Source: a virus. From it: DNA of 64,000 nucleotides. The translations under genes were made by a program, and so were the position numbers. The notes below the pieces were generated by a model, which was not told the DNA's origin, did no database searches, and saw nothing but the letters and a program-made list of their open reading frames with translations. The stretch is taken from the IMG/VR virus record IMGVR_UViG_3300045999_008055. One strand, written 5' to 3'. Shown here one piece after another: positions 10,376 to 19,172 of the stretch (position 1 is the stretch's first letter; each line of letters starts with the position of its first letter).

Positions 10376-11118
10376 TACATATATTCTATCGAGCTACAAG
10401 TTATCCAGAGGTAGGAAATAAATGTAGACCAAATTATTTTTCATTAGAGAAATGTTTTAAGAATTTTTTAGATACGCTAAATTTTAATAAAGCGAAATTA
10501 ACAGTAGTTTTTGATGGGCCTATTAAAAATAGTTTTATTTTAAAATATAAAGACAAATATAAATTTGATATTCATTTAATTAATGCTGGAACAGATTTTA
10601 AGTCAAATACTATGACTTTTCAATATATTAAAGAACAAAAATTAGCAGATAATGATATAATTTATGTCTTGGAACAAGATTACCTTCATTTGCCTTGGGT
10701 TGACGCAGTTGAATTCTTATATCAAACAAATCCAAATTATAATATAAATAATTCTTATATATCCTTATATGATCACGGCGATAAATATACAAGAAATAAT
10801 CCAGATATGAAGAATACAGAATGGGGCATGTACCATGATTTAAAATCACAAATCTATTTTACTCCTTATAGATATCTTAGAACTGTACCTAACACTTGCG
10901 GTTCCTTTATATTAAGCAAACAACTCTTCGACAAAGATTATGAAATTCATATTTCTGGTAAAGCGGATAACACAAGATTTCATATTTTAACCCAAGAACC
11001 TTATAATCGAATAGTTTTAAGTTTTATGCCTGGATTTTCTACTCATATGCACACGCATTTTCTATCACCATTTGCAGATTGGGAAGAAGTAAACAAACAA
11101 ACAATTTTATTACCATGA
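10372..11118 (+). CDS. Putative GT-A glycosyltransferase
   Basis: IYVLEQDYLH, SLYDHGDKY, NTCGSF and PGFSTH motifs typical of phage GT2-like proteins. Confidence 0.65.
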   Translation: MIHIFYRATSYPEVGNKCRPNYFSLEKCFKNFLDTLNFNKAKLTVVFDGPIKNSFILKYKDKYKFDIHLINAGTDFKSNTMTFQYIKEQKLADNDIIYVLEQDYLHLPWVDAVEFLYQTNPNYNINNSYISLYDHGDKYTRNNPDMKNTEWGMYHDLKSQIYFTPYRYLRTVPNTCGSFILSKQLFDKDYEIHISGKADNTRFHILTQEPYNRIVLSFMPGFSTHMHTHFLSPFADWEEVNKQTILLP

Positions 11119-12086
11119 ATATTTTAGTTACAGGAGGTTTAGGATTTATAGGATCTAATTTTATTAGAACTATAATTAATAAGGATTCCATATCTTCTAT
11201 AGTAAATATAGATTGTCCAAGTAAATTAAGCGCAGCTGCAAATATAAATAATGCAAAAGATTTTAAAGACAATCCAAAATATCATTTTTATGATTTTTGG
11301 TTAGATCATCTAGAAGATCCTCAGACCTTTAAGAAATTTATTCAAGTGTTAAAAGATCATAAGATATCACATATAATACATTTCGCCGCAGAGACTCATG
11401 TTGACAATTCTATATCAAATCCTAGAGACTTTTTGAGATCTAATATAATTGGAACATTTAATCTTTTAGAATTATGTAAACAAGAAAACTTAAGAATTCA
11501 TTTAATTTCTACAGATGAAGTATACGGCAGTTTAGGACACGAAGGAAAATTTTCAGAAACTTCTTGCTATGCACCAAATTCTCCTTATTCCGCTTCTAAA
11601 GCTTCAGCCGATATGCTCGCTAGAGCTTATTATCATACATTTAAAGTTCCTATAACAATATCTAATTGTTCTAATAATTATGGCCCATATCAACATAATG
11701 AAAAATTTATACCTGTAGTTATAAATTCAATATTAAATAATCAAAAAATACCTGTTTATGGTACAGGAAAAAATATTAGAGACTGGATTTATGTAATAGA
11801 TCATTGCGAAGCTGTATTTGAGATTGTTAAAAATGGAAAGATTGGCGAGACATATAATATTGGTGGAGATTGCGAAAAAACTAATTTAGAAATTATATCT
11901 AACATCTGTAAAATATTACAAGTTAATCCAGAAGACTACATTAAATTTGTAGAAGATAGGAAAGGTCATGATTTTAGATACGCTATAGATAATACGAAGA
12001 TTAATAAAGAATTGAATTGGTATCCTAGAACTGATTTTTTACATGGTTTAGAAAAAACTATAGAATTTTATAAAAATAAATATTAG
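11115..12086 (+). CDS. rfbB: dTDP-glucose 4,6-dehydratase
   Basis: VTGGLGFIGSNF, HFAAETHVDNSI, ISTDEVYG, PYSASKA, NCSNNYGP, DRKGHDFRYA. Start moved to ATG 11115 (ATGA overlap). Confidence 0.95.
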   Translation: MNILVTGGLGFIGSNFIRTIINKDSISSIVNIDCPSKLSAAANINNAKDFKDNPKYHFYDFWLDHLEDPQTFKKFIQVLKDHKISHIIHFAAETHVDNSISNPRDFLRSNIIGTFNLLELCKQENLRIHLISTDEVYGSLGHEGKFSETSCYAPNSPYSASKASADMLARAYYHTFKVPITISNCSNNYGPYQHNEKFIPVVINSILNNQKIPVYGTGKNIRDWIYVIDHCEAVFEIVKNGKIGETYNIGGDCEKTNLEIISNICKILQVNPEDYIKFVEDRKGHDFRYAIDNTKINKELNWYPRTDFLHGLEKTIEFYKNKY

Positions 12087-12095
12087 TATTATATA

Positions 12096-13148
12096 ATGAA
12101 AAAAGTTATTATTACCGGCGTTACAGGTCAAGATGGATCTTATATGGTAGATTATATATTAAATAACACAAATTATTTTGTTTATGGTGTTAGAAGAAGA
12201 AGTTCTAATCCCAATCTAGAGAATATACAACATAACTTAAATAATGAAAGATTTAAATTTATAATAGGAGATTTATCTGATAGTAATTCTATAGATGAAA
12301 TTGTAAAAGACATAAAGCCAGATTATTTTATTAATTTTGCGGCACAATCTTTCGTTGGTAGTAGCTGGCAAATTCCCTTACAGACTTTTGATGCAACCGC
12401 ACTTGGTGTGCTTAGATGTTTAGAAGCTATAAGAAAATATGCTCCTAATTGTAGATTTTATTCAGCGGGTTCTAGTGAAGAAATGGGCGATGTTTTATAT
12501 AGCCCTCAAGACTTAAAACATCCAATTCGTCCTCGTAGCCCATATGGTGCAGCTAAAGCAGCCGCAAGACATATTACAAAGGTTTACAGAGATTCTTATA
12601 ATCTTTTTGCAATACATTCTATTCTTTATAATCACGAAAGCGAAAGACGAGGGGAAGAATTTGTCACCAGAAAAATTACAAAAGGTGTTGCTAGAATATA
12701 TAATGCATTAAAAAATAATATAGATTTTGCTCCAATTGAACTAGGTAACTTAGATGCAAAAAGAGATTGGAGTCATGCTGAAGATTTTATTAATGGTATA
12801 TGGTTAATGTTGAATCAAGATAAACCAAAAGAATATATCCTTTCCTCAGATGAAACGCATAGTATTAGAGAATTTGTTGAAAAAGCTTTTTTAGCTATTG
12901 ATATAAAAGGATCATGGATCTATAATGGAGATGGAAGAGATGAAGATGAAGCATTTTATTTTAAAGATAATCAAGGAAATTACAAACAGTTAGTAAAAAT
13001 TAACCCTAAATTCTTTCGTCCTGCTGAAGTAGATCTCTTATTGGGTAATTCATCAGAGGCAAGAAATGAACTAAATTGGAAACCAAAAGTATCTTTTAAT
13101 GAACTAGTTGAAAGAATGGTCAAATCAGATATACAGAACTATAAGTGA
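12096..13148 (+). CDS. gmd: GDP-mannose 4,6-dehydratase
   Basis: ITGVTGQDGSY, AAQSFV, PRSPYGAAK, NHESERRGEEFVTRKIT, LGNLDAKRDW, RPAEVDLLLG. Confidence 0.97.
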   Translation: MKKVIITGVTGQDGSYMVDYILNNTNYFVYGVRRRSSNPNLENIQHNLNNERFKFIIGDLSDSNSIDEIVKDIKPDYFINFAAQSFVGSSWQIPLQTFDATALGVLRCLEAIRKYAPNCRFYSAGSSEEMGDVLYSPQDLKHPIRPRSPYGAAKAAARHITKVYRDSYNLFAIHSILYNHESERRGEEFVTRKITKGVARIYNALKNNIDFAPIELGNLDAKRDWSHAEDFINGIWLMLNQDKPKEYILSSDETHSIREFVEKAFLAIDIKGSWIYNGDGRDEDEAFYFKDNQGNYKQLVKINPKFFRPAEVDLLLGNSSEARNELNWKPKVSFNELVERMVKSDIQNYK

Positions 13149-13876
13149 AAAATATATTAATTTCTACAATTATTAGAAATAGAAAAAATTTTTTACATAA
13201 TTGGTACGAACAGATAAAAAGTATTGTAGCGCTTGATAAGCAAAACAATTATTATCTTTCTGTATACGAAAATGATTCAACAGACGGAACACAAGATATA
13301 TTAAAAAACTTAGATTTTTCTTTCTTTTCAGATTTTAATATAAAATTAGAAATATTAAATACTCCTTCTTTTGGTAGCGTAGTTAATGAAGAAAGAGTAA
13401 AACTTTTATCGGAAGCAAGAAATCAAACAATTTATAATAATAAATTACTAGAGAAATGTTCTCATATATTAGTTGTAGAACCAGACGTAAAATATGAACC
13501 TAAAACATTAATAGATAATATTATAAATAATGGAGACTACGATATAATTTCCCCTAGAAGCGTAGAGATTAATGATGACAAACATCATTATCTTTATGAC
13601 GATTGGGGGACAAGACAGAATCCAGATTCTAGATCTTGGCATATTTTTAATCCTATTATTCTGAGAAATTTAGGTTTAATAAATGTTTGGACAACATTTA
13701 ACTGCTTCTGCTTCTATAAATCGGAACCTTTTAAAAGATTTTTGACGTTTGGATATTTCAATGAGAGATTTAATACATTTGATTGTGATACGGCAGTAGT
13801 TTGTGAAAACTTTAGAAAATATGGTTATTCAAATATTGTCTTAAATTCTTCAGTCGAAGTATATCATTCTAGATGA
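13145..13876 (+). CDS. Putative GT-A glycosyltransferase (Anp1/CAP59-like)
   Basis: YENDSTDGT, L..ARN, VVEPDV, YDDWGTR and DCD...VCE. Confidence 0.65.
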   Translation: MKNILISTIIRNRKNFLHNWYEQIKSIVALDKQNNYYLSVYENDSTDGTQDILKNLDFSFFSDFNIKLEILNTPSFGSVVNEERVKLLSEARNQTIYNNKLLEKCSHILVVEPDVKYEPKTLIDNIINNGDYDIISPRSVEINDDKHHYLYDDWGTRQNPDSRSWHIFNPIILRNLGLINVWTTFNCFCFYKSEPFKRFLTFGYFNERFNTFDCDTAVVCENFRKYGYSNIVLNSSVEVYHSR

Positions 13877-13881
13877 TTTAC

Positions 13882-13910
13882 TTGACAAATTATTAAAAAT
13901 AATATAATTT
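13882..13910 (+). promoter_or_regulatory. Sigma70-type promoter at start of the replication block
   Basis: TTGACA(13882-87) followed by TATAAT at 15 nt or TAATTT at 17 nt spacing; TTG start at 13920. Confidence 0.6.
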
Positions 13911-13919
13911 ATATATATA

Positions 13920-14264
13920 TTGAATAAGACAAACCATAAACTTTGCCAATTTATAGTAAAAAAATTTGTTAAAGGAAATATTAATTGGCCAAGAGAAATC
14001 AAAATAGCTCAAAAATTAATAAAGAAATTTAATTCATTTAATTTTTGGGACAATCTTCAAGATCTAAAAGCACCACCACCTTCACTTGCTTGGTTTCTAA
14101 AATCAGAAGGTAAAGCTTTCCTCTTAAAGGAATACGAAGCATTTAATTTAAATTTAAATAAAAATATTATTAAATTACAAGAAAATAAAGCTCAAGATGA
14201 TAAAAACATTTGCAAAAAACCTAAAACCTTGCTAGAATTTATAAGATATGGGAAGAAAACCTAA
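13920..14264 (+). CDS. Hypothetical protein
   Basis: ORF between a promoter and the recA-like gene, overlapping the recA start. Confidence 0.6.
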   Translation: MNKTNHKLCQFIVKKFVKGNINWPREIKIAQKLIKKFNSFNFWDNLQDLKAPPPSLAWFLKSEGKAFLLKEYEAFNLNLNKNIIKLQENKAQDDKNICKKPKTLLEFIRYGKKT

Positions 14265-15390
14265 AGAAGAAATCGTTGAATCATCTGGTCCAAGTGCATC
14301 AGATAGACTATTATCATTTCTAAAAGATAATAAAGAAGATCATTATAATTTTGAAGATGAAGTTTATTATAAAGTTTCTACTGGTAGTCTAAATTTAGAT
14401 ATTGCTACTGGAGGTGGACTTTGCCCAGGACTTCATAGATTCATTGGAATGAATGAAGGTGGTAAAACATCAGAAGCACTAGAAGTAACAAAGAACTTTC
14501 TCAAAACAGTAGAAAATTCCAGAGCTTTACTTTTTAAAGCCGAAGGAAGATTAAGTAAAGAAATTAAAGAGCGATCTGGGATTAAGTTTGTAACAGATCC
14601 TAAAGAATGGGTTGATGGAACTTGTTTTGTATTTGAATGTAATATCTTTGAAACAGTTTCAGAATTAATGAAAGATCTTATTCAATCTAATGATGAAGAT
14701 AAAAGGTATATGTTTATTCTCGATTCAGTTGATGGGTTGATGACTAAAGGTGATGCTCAAAAAAGCATGACAGAAGCAACAAAAGTTGCTGGAGGAGCAG
14801 TTATCTCGTCAATGTTAATGAAAAAGATTTCTCTTGCACTTTCTAAGCGTGGACATATGGCTATTTTTATAAGTCAAGTACGATCTGATATTAAACTTGA
14901 TCCTTATGCCGCAAATAAAGATATTCGTCAAACTACTGCTACTGGCGGAAATGCATTATTGCATTTTGCTAATTGGATTCTCGAATTTGAACCAAAGTTT
15001 AATAAAGATTTAATTTTAGAAAAACCAAATGATAAATATGATCCAATTAAAAATAAAATTATTGGTCATAATGTTAAGATCGTAATTAAAAAATCCACTA
15101 ATGAATCAACAAACTCTAAAGTTCAATATCCAATTAAATATGGCCGTAAAGATGGATCTTCTGTTTGGAGAGAATACGAAGTCATTGACCAAATCCTTTC
15201 TTGGGAATTCGCAACTGCAAAAGGCGCATGGGTTACTTTCTCAGATGAGATTATCGAAGAACTTAAGAACGCTAATTTAGAATTAAAGAAGCAACACCAA
15301 GGCATTGATAATCTAAGATCTTATCTAGAAGAAAATAAACCAATCGTAGATTATTTTTATAATAAATTTATTAAAACTCTTGCGTCATGA
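14248..15390 (+). CDS. recA: RecA/UvsX-like recombinase
   Basis: VSTGSLNLDIA.GGG, Walker A GMNEGGKT, ILDSV, FISQVR, TGGNALLH, GAWV. Confidence 0.9.
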   Translation: MGRKPKEEIVESSGPSASDRLLSFLKDNKEDHYNFEDEVYYKVSTGSLNLDIATGGGLCPGLHRFIGMNEGGKTSEALEVTKNFLKTVENSRALLFKAEGRLSKEIKERSGIKFVTDPKEWVDGTCFVFECNIFETVSELMKDLIQSNDEDKRYMFILDSVDGLMTKGDAQKSMTEATKVAGGAVISSMLMKKISLALSKRGHMAIFISQVRSDIKLDPYAANKDIRQTTATGGNALLHFANWILEFEPKFNKDLILEKPNDKYDPIKNKIIGHNVKIVIKKSTNESTNSKVQYPIKYGRKDGSSVWREYEVIDQILSWEFATAKGAWVTFSDEIIEELKNANLELKKQHQGIDNLRSYLEENKPIVDYFYNKFIKTLAS

Positions 15391-15806
15391 GATTATTAAA
15401 TATTAACGGCAAACTCGTTAATAAGAACGTAAGAGATTATCTTGTAGATTGGGATGGAAAATGCAGAAGTAAATTGCAGTTTAAATTTAAGCAATTCTTT
15501 TATCCTTATTGGAAAAATCATATTGTTTATGAAGAATTTCCAGTTTATGGAACTATGCTTAAGGTTGATATATTAAATGCAACAAAAAAGATTGCCGTTG
15601 AGATCCAAGGAGATCAACATGAATCATTTAATAAATTTTTCCATAACAACTCTAGATTAAAATATTTAAATAGCATAAAAAGAGATGTAAAAAAAGAAAA
15701 ATGGCTTGAATTAAATGGATTTAAATTCTTGGAATTGTATGAAAATGATTTAAAAAATTTATCACCACAATATATAGAAGAAAAATGCGGAATTCTTATT
15801 ATTTAA
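15387..15806 (+). CDS. DUF559/Vsr-like endonuclease
   Basis: EEFPV, VDILN, IAVEIQGDQH and RD..KEKWLELNG. Confidence 0.8.
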   Translation: MRLLNINGKLVNKNVRDYLVDWDGKCRSKLQFKFKQFFYPYWKNHIVYEEFPVYGTMLKVDILNATKKIAVEIQGDQHESFNKFFHNNSRLKYLNSIKRDVKKEKWLELNGFKFLELYENDLKNLSPQYIEEKCGILII

Positions 15807-15812
15807 GTGTAA
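15806..15812 (+). promoter_or_regulatory. AGTGTAA motif (putative late promoter)
   Basis: Same motif as upstream of - strand structural genes; lies just before 15816. Confidence 0.45.
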
Positions 15813-15815
15813 AAA

Positions 15816-16097
15816 ATGGTAGTGACTAATAAGAAAAAATTTAAAGTACCAGATTCTCTTTTAAAGCAAATTGATGAATGCAGTTTTGGCGGGTACATAA
15901 TGTTTAATTTTTCAAATAAAGGTGAACCACAGGTTTTCACAAAGTTTGATAATCAAATAAATGCTATGGCACTTTTATATTATGTTAATACTTGGAGTCA
16001 AAGTATTGATCAATTAAACCTAGAAGCAACAACAGATTTAATAGCAAGAAAAAATTTAGATGACGATGATTTAGATTCTCCAGAAGAAGAAAATTAA
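15816..16097 (+). CDS. Hypothetical protein with acidic tail
   Basis: Fills the gap between the nuclease and the dnaB promoter. Confidence 0.65.
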   Translation: MVVTNKKKFKVPDSLLKQIDECSFGGYIMFNFSNKGEPQVFTKFDNQINAMALLYYVNTWSQSIDQLNLEATTDLIARKNLDDDDLDSPEEEN

Positions 16098-16102
16098 AAC
16101 AC

Positions 16103-16131
16103 TTGACTTTTAATTTTTACTTTGGTATCAT
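16103..16131 (+). promoter_or_regulatory. Sigma70-type promoter with extended -10
   Basis: TTGACT-17-TATCAT, preceded by TGn; ATG at 16142. Confidence 0.75.
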
Positions 16132-16141
16132 CTATAATTGA

Positions 16142-17626
16142 ATGATATATTCGTTACAAGTAGAAAGACATGTATTAAGCGGACTTTTAAAGCATCAAGA
16201 TCTCTTTGCAGATATTGATGTTTTTCTAACCGAGAATGATTTTTATAATGATGTTCATGCATCAATATATACTGTCTTTAAAAATATAAAACATAGAGGC
16301 GAAAATGTAGATAAAGTATTATTAGCCGAAAAGATTAAAAATTTAGGTATTACATTTAAAGATGAAATAAATATATTTGATTATATTGATAATTTAAGCT
16401 TCTCTCAAATAACCGAAGAAGCCACAATGAATGCGTGTAAGGAGTTGATTAAATTAAGAATTCGTAGAGAGATATCTCAAACCGCAGACAAATTAAAAGA
16501 ATATGTAAATAAGAATTCCGAAGATTCAGTAGATCAAATTATAGGTAAGATAGATCATATTTATAATAAAAAGATTTCAGCATACTCAGAAAATGATATG
16601 CCTATTAATATTTTTGCAGAAGTCGAAGACCTTGTAGAAGAAATTGGTAATACTCCAAAAGATGATACTGGATTAATAACTCCATATTCAGAATTTAATA
16701 GAATGTATGGCGGTTTAAAGAACGGTAATATTTACGCTATTGCAAGTAGGCCAGGTCAAGGTAAATCTACTTGGCTTAATGACATTTGTTTTAAAACTTC
16801 AATTAACCCTAAAAATAAAACTAAAACATTAATTCTTGATACAGAAATGCAAACAGTGGATATTCAATTAAGAATGGTCGCATCATTAACAGATGTTCCA
16901 GTTTGGTATCTTGAAACTGGAAATTGGCGTAAGAATGAAGAGATGACCAAGAAAGTTAGAGCTGCTTGGGCAAAAGTAAAAACCTATGAATATTTTCATT
17001 ACCATGTAGGCAATAAGAATATTGATCAAGTATGTTCTATTATTCGTAGATGGTATCTTTCTAAAGTTGGGCGTGGAAATCAAGCGATGATTGCGTATGA
17101 TTATATTAAATTAACTGGCGAAAAAGTCAGCCAAAATTGGGCAGAGCATCAAGCCATTGGCGAAAAGATTGATAAACTAAAAAGAATATCAGAAGAAATA
17201 CATTGCCCAATAATAACTGCTATGCAATTAAATAGGACTGGAGAAAATTTCAATCGTAATTCAAATAACGTTGTTGATGATAGTTCTGTAATTTCTCTAT
17301 CAGACAGACTTCAATGGTTTGCATCATTCGTGGCTATCTTTAGGAGAAAAACTCTTGACGAGGTAACTCTCGATGGTCAAGCATTTGGAACACATAAATT
17401 AATTCCAACAAAAACTAGATTTCAAGGTAAAGACGCAGCTGGACATCAAGATTTAGTCAGGAGACTAGATTCTGCTGGTAAAGAAATTTGGGCACAAAAT
17501 TATCTTAATTATCAAGTAACTAATTTTAATATAGAAGAACGAGGTTCTTTAAGAGATGTAGCAGAGAGACAAAGAGAACAATATGAACTCACCGACCAAA
17601 ATGCAAATGATGGAGAATTATTATGA
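16142..17626 (+). CDS. dnaB: Replicative DNA helicase DnaB
   Basis: N-terminal ERHVLSGLL...DFY..H, ASRPGQGKS, DTEM, YDYIKL and MQLNR. Confidence 0.95.
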   Translation: MIYSLQVERHVLSGLLKHQDLFADIDVFLTENDFYNDVHASIYTVFKNIKHRGENVDKVLLAEKIKNLGITFKDEINIFDYIDNLSFSQITEEATMNACKELIKLRIRREISQTADKLKEYVNKNSEDSVDQIIGKIDHIYNKKISAYSENDMPINIFAEVEDLVEEIGNTPKDDTGLITPYSEFNRMYGGLKNGNIYAIASRPGQGKSTWLNDICFKTSINPKNKTKTLILDTEMQTVDIQLRMVASLTDVPVWYLETGNWRKNEEMTKKVRAAWAKVKTYEYFHYHVGNKNIDQVCSIIRRWYLSKVGRGNQAMIAYDYIKLTGEKVSQNWAEHQAIGEKIDKLKRISEEIHCPIITAMQLNRTGENFNRNSNNVVDDSSVISLSDRLQWFASFVAIFRRKTLDEVTLDGQAFGTHKLIPTKTRFQGKDAAGHQDLVRRLDSAGKEIWAQNYLNYQVTNFNIEERGSLRDVAERQREQYELTDQNANDGELL

Positions 17627-18279
17627 ACGTAGAATTAATATCAATAACAAAACCAGAAATTAAAGGAATTAAAAACGCGGAAGATCTTGTTGCGTTCTGC
17701 GCCAGAGTTAGTAATCCATCTAATCAGATGAATACAGAGACTGCTCCAAAACTTTTAAAGTTTCTAATAAAACATAAACATTGGAGTCCATTTGAATTAG
17801 TTGATATGTGTGTCGAAATTAAGACTAGTCGTGGTATTGCTGCTCAAATTCTTAGACATAGATCATTTAGCTTTCAAGAATTTAGTCAAAGATATAGCGT
17901 CGCCAATGAATTCGAAGATATTGAACTTCGTCTACAGGGAGATAAAAATAGACAAGTTGGTGAAAAATTAATGCCAATAGAGACGGACGCTTATGATAAG
18001 GTCAATGAATTACTAGTAGAATCATTATCTTTATCTCAACATTGTTATGAAACTATGATAGAAAATGGCGTTGCAAAGGAAGTCGCCAGAATGATATTAC
18101 CCTTAACAACACAAACGACTATGTACATGAAAGGTTCATTAAGAAGTTGGATTCATTATATTGAATTAAGAACCGAACAAAATACTCAGAAAGAACATAG
18201 ACAGATCGCTGAAAGATGTAAAAAAATATTTGTTAAGGAATTTCCTACAATAAGCGAGGCCCTAGAATGGACGAAGTAA
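17623..18279 (+). CDS. thyX: Flavin-dependent thymidylate synthase
   Basis: HWSPFE, QILRHRSFSFQEFSQRY (RHR-x7-S), EVARMILP and TQKEH. Confidence 0.97.
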   Translation: MNVELISITKPEIKGIKNAEDLVAFCARVSNPSNQMNTETAPKLLKFLIKHKHWSPFELVDMCVEIKTSRGIAAQILRHRSFSFQEFSQRYSVANEFEDIELRLQGDKNRQVGEKLMPIETDAYDKVNELLVESLSLSQHCYETMIENGVAKEVARMILPLTTQTTMYMKGSLRSWIHYIELRTEQNTQKEHRQIAERCKKIFVKEFPTISEALEWTK

Positions 18280-19172
18280 ATGTATATCAAATCCTAACTG
18301 ATCTAGGATATAAATTAAAAGACTATGGTAAAGAGTACAGAACTAAACCTTTGTATAGAGAGAGCGATAACGATACTGTTTTAAAGATATATAAAGATTC
18401 TGGACATTGGTTTGATTTTAAAGAAAATATTAGTGGTGATTTTAATTCTTTAGTCAGCATGACCCTTAAATTAGAAAGTCCATCTAAAGCGAAAGAATGG
18501 TTAAAAGATAAAAATTTTTCTTTCTCTCGATCATTTGAACCAACAAAACCTTTATTGAAATCTACAAAAAAATTTGATATAGAGATTCTTCAAAACCTTG
18601 AACTAAATCATCAATATTGGAATAAAAGAAATATCATGGATGAAACTTTAAGTCAATTTAAAGGTGGCGTTGCTAAAGCTGGTAAGATGAAAAATAGATA
18701 TGTTTTTCCGATATTTGATATCAATAATAATATTATTGGTTTTTCTGGCCGCGACATAACAAACCTATCAAAAATAAAATGGAAACATCTAGGAGAAAAG
18801 AATGATTTTCTCTATCCATTATTTTTAAATTCAAGTCAAATAGAAGCCCAAAAAGAAATAATCCTTGTTGAAAGTATTGGTGATATGCTAAGTTTATACC
18901 AAGCTGGAATTAAAAATGTTTTAGTTACATTTGGCACAAATCTTAGTTTATCAATTTTAAATTATTGTTTAAAGATTGATATGAAAAAAATCTATATAAG
19001 TTTGAACAATGATTCTAACAAAAACAATGCAGGAAATATTGCGGCGGAAAAAACTCACGCCAGACTAAAAAGATATTTTGACGATAAGCAACTAAAAATA
19101 TCATTGCCAACAAAAAAAGACTTTGGAGAAATGACTAAAGAAGAAATTTTACAATGGAAAACAAATCTTTAA
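18267..19172 (+). CDS. dnaG: DnaG-like primase (TOPRIM)
   Basis: RYVFPI.D...IIGFSGR, ILVESIGD, NND, KDFGE; next to DnaB/ThyX. Confidence 0.85.
   Translation: MDEVNVYQILTDLGYKLKDYGKEYRTKPLYRESDNDTVLKIYKDSGHWFDFKENISGDFNSLVSMTLKLESPSKAKEWLKDKNFSFSRSFEPTKPLLKSTKKFDIEILQNLELNHQYWNKRNIMDETLSQFKGGVAKAGKMKNRYVFPIFDINNNIIGFSGRDITNLSKIKWKHLGEKNDFLYPLFLNSSQIEAQKEIILVESIGDMLSLYQAGIKNVLVTFGTNLSLSILNYCLKIDMKKIYISLNNDSNKNNAGNIAAEKTHARLKRYFDDKQLKISLPTKKDFGEMTKEEILQWKTNL

Noticed and set aside
1-13876. Bacterial chromosomal O-antigen locus flanking a prophage
   Set aside because: Same gene packing and promoter style as the phage replication genes, GT genes interleaved with them, and no wzx/wzy, integrase or att site visible.
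13905-13920. AT dinucleotide run as replication origin
   Set aside because: Short, lies within a promoter/leader and has no iterons; expected in such AT-rich DNA.
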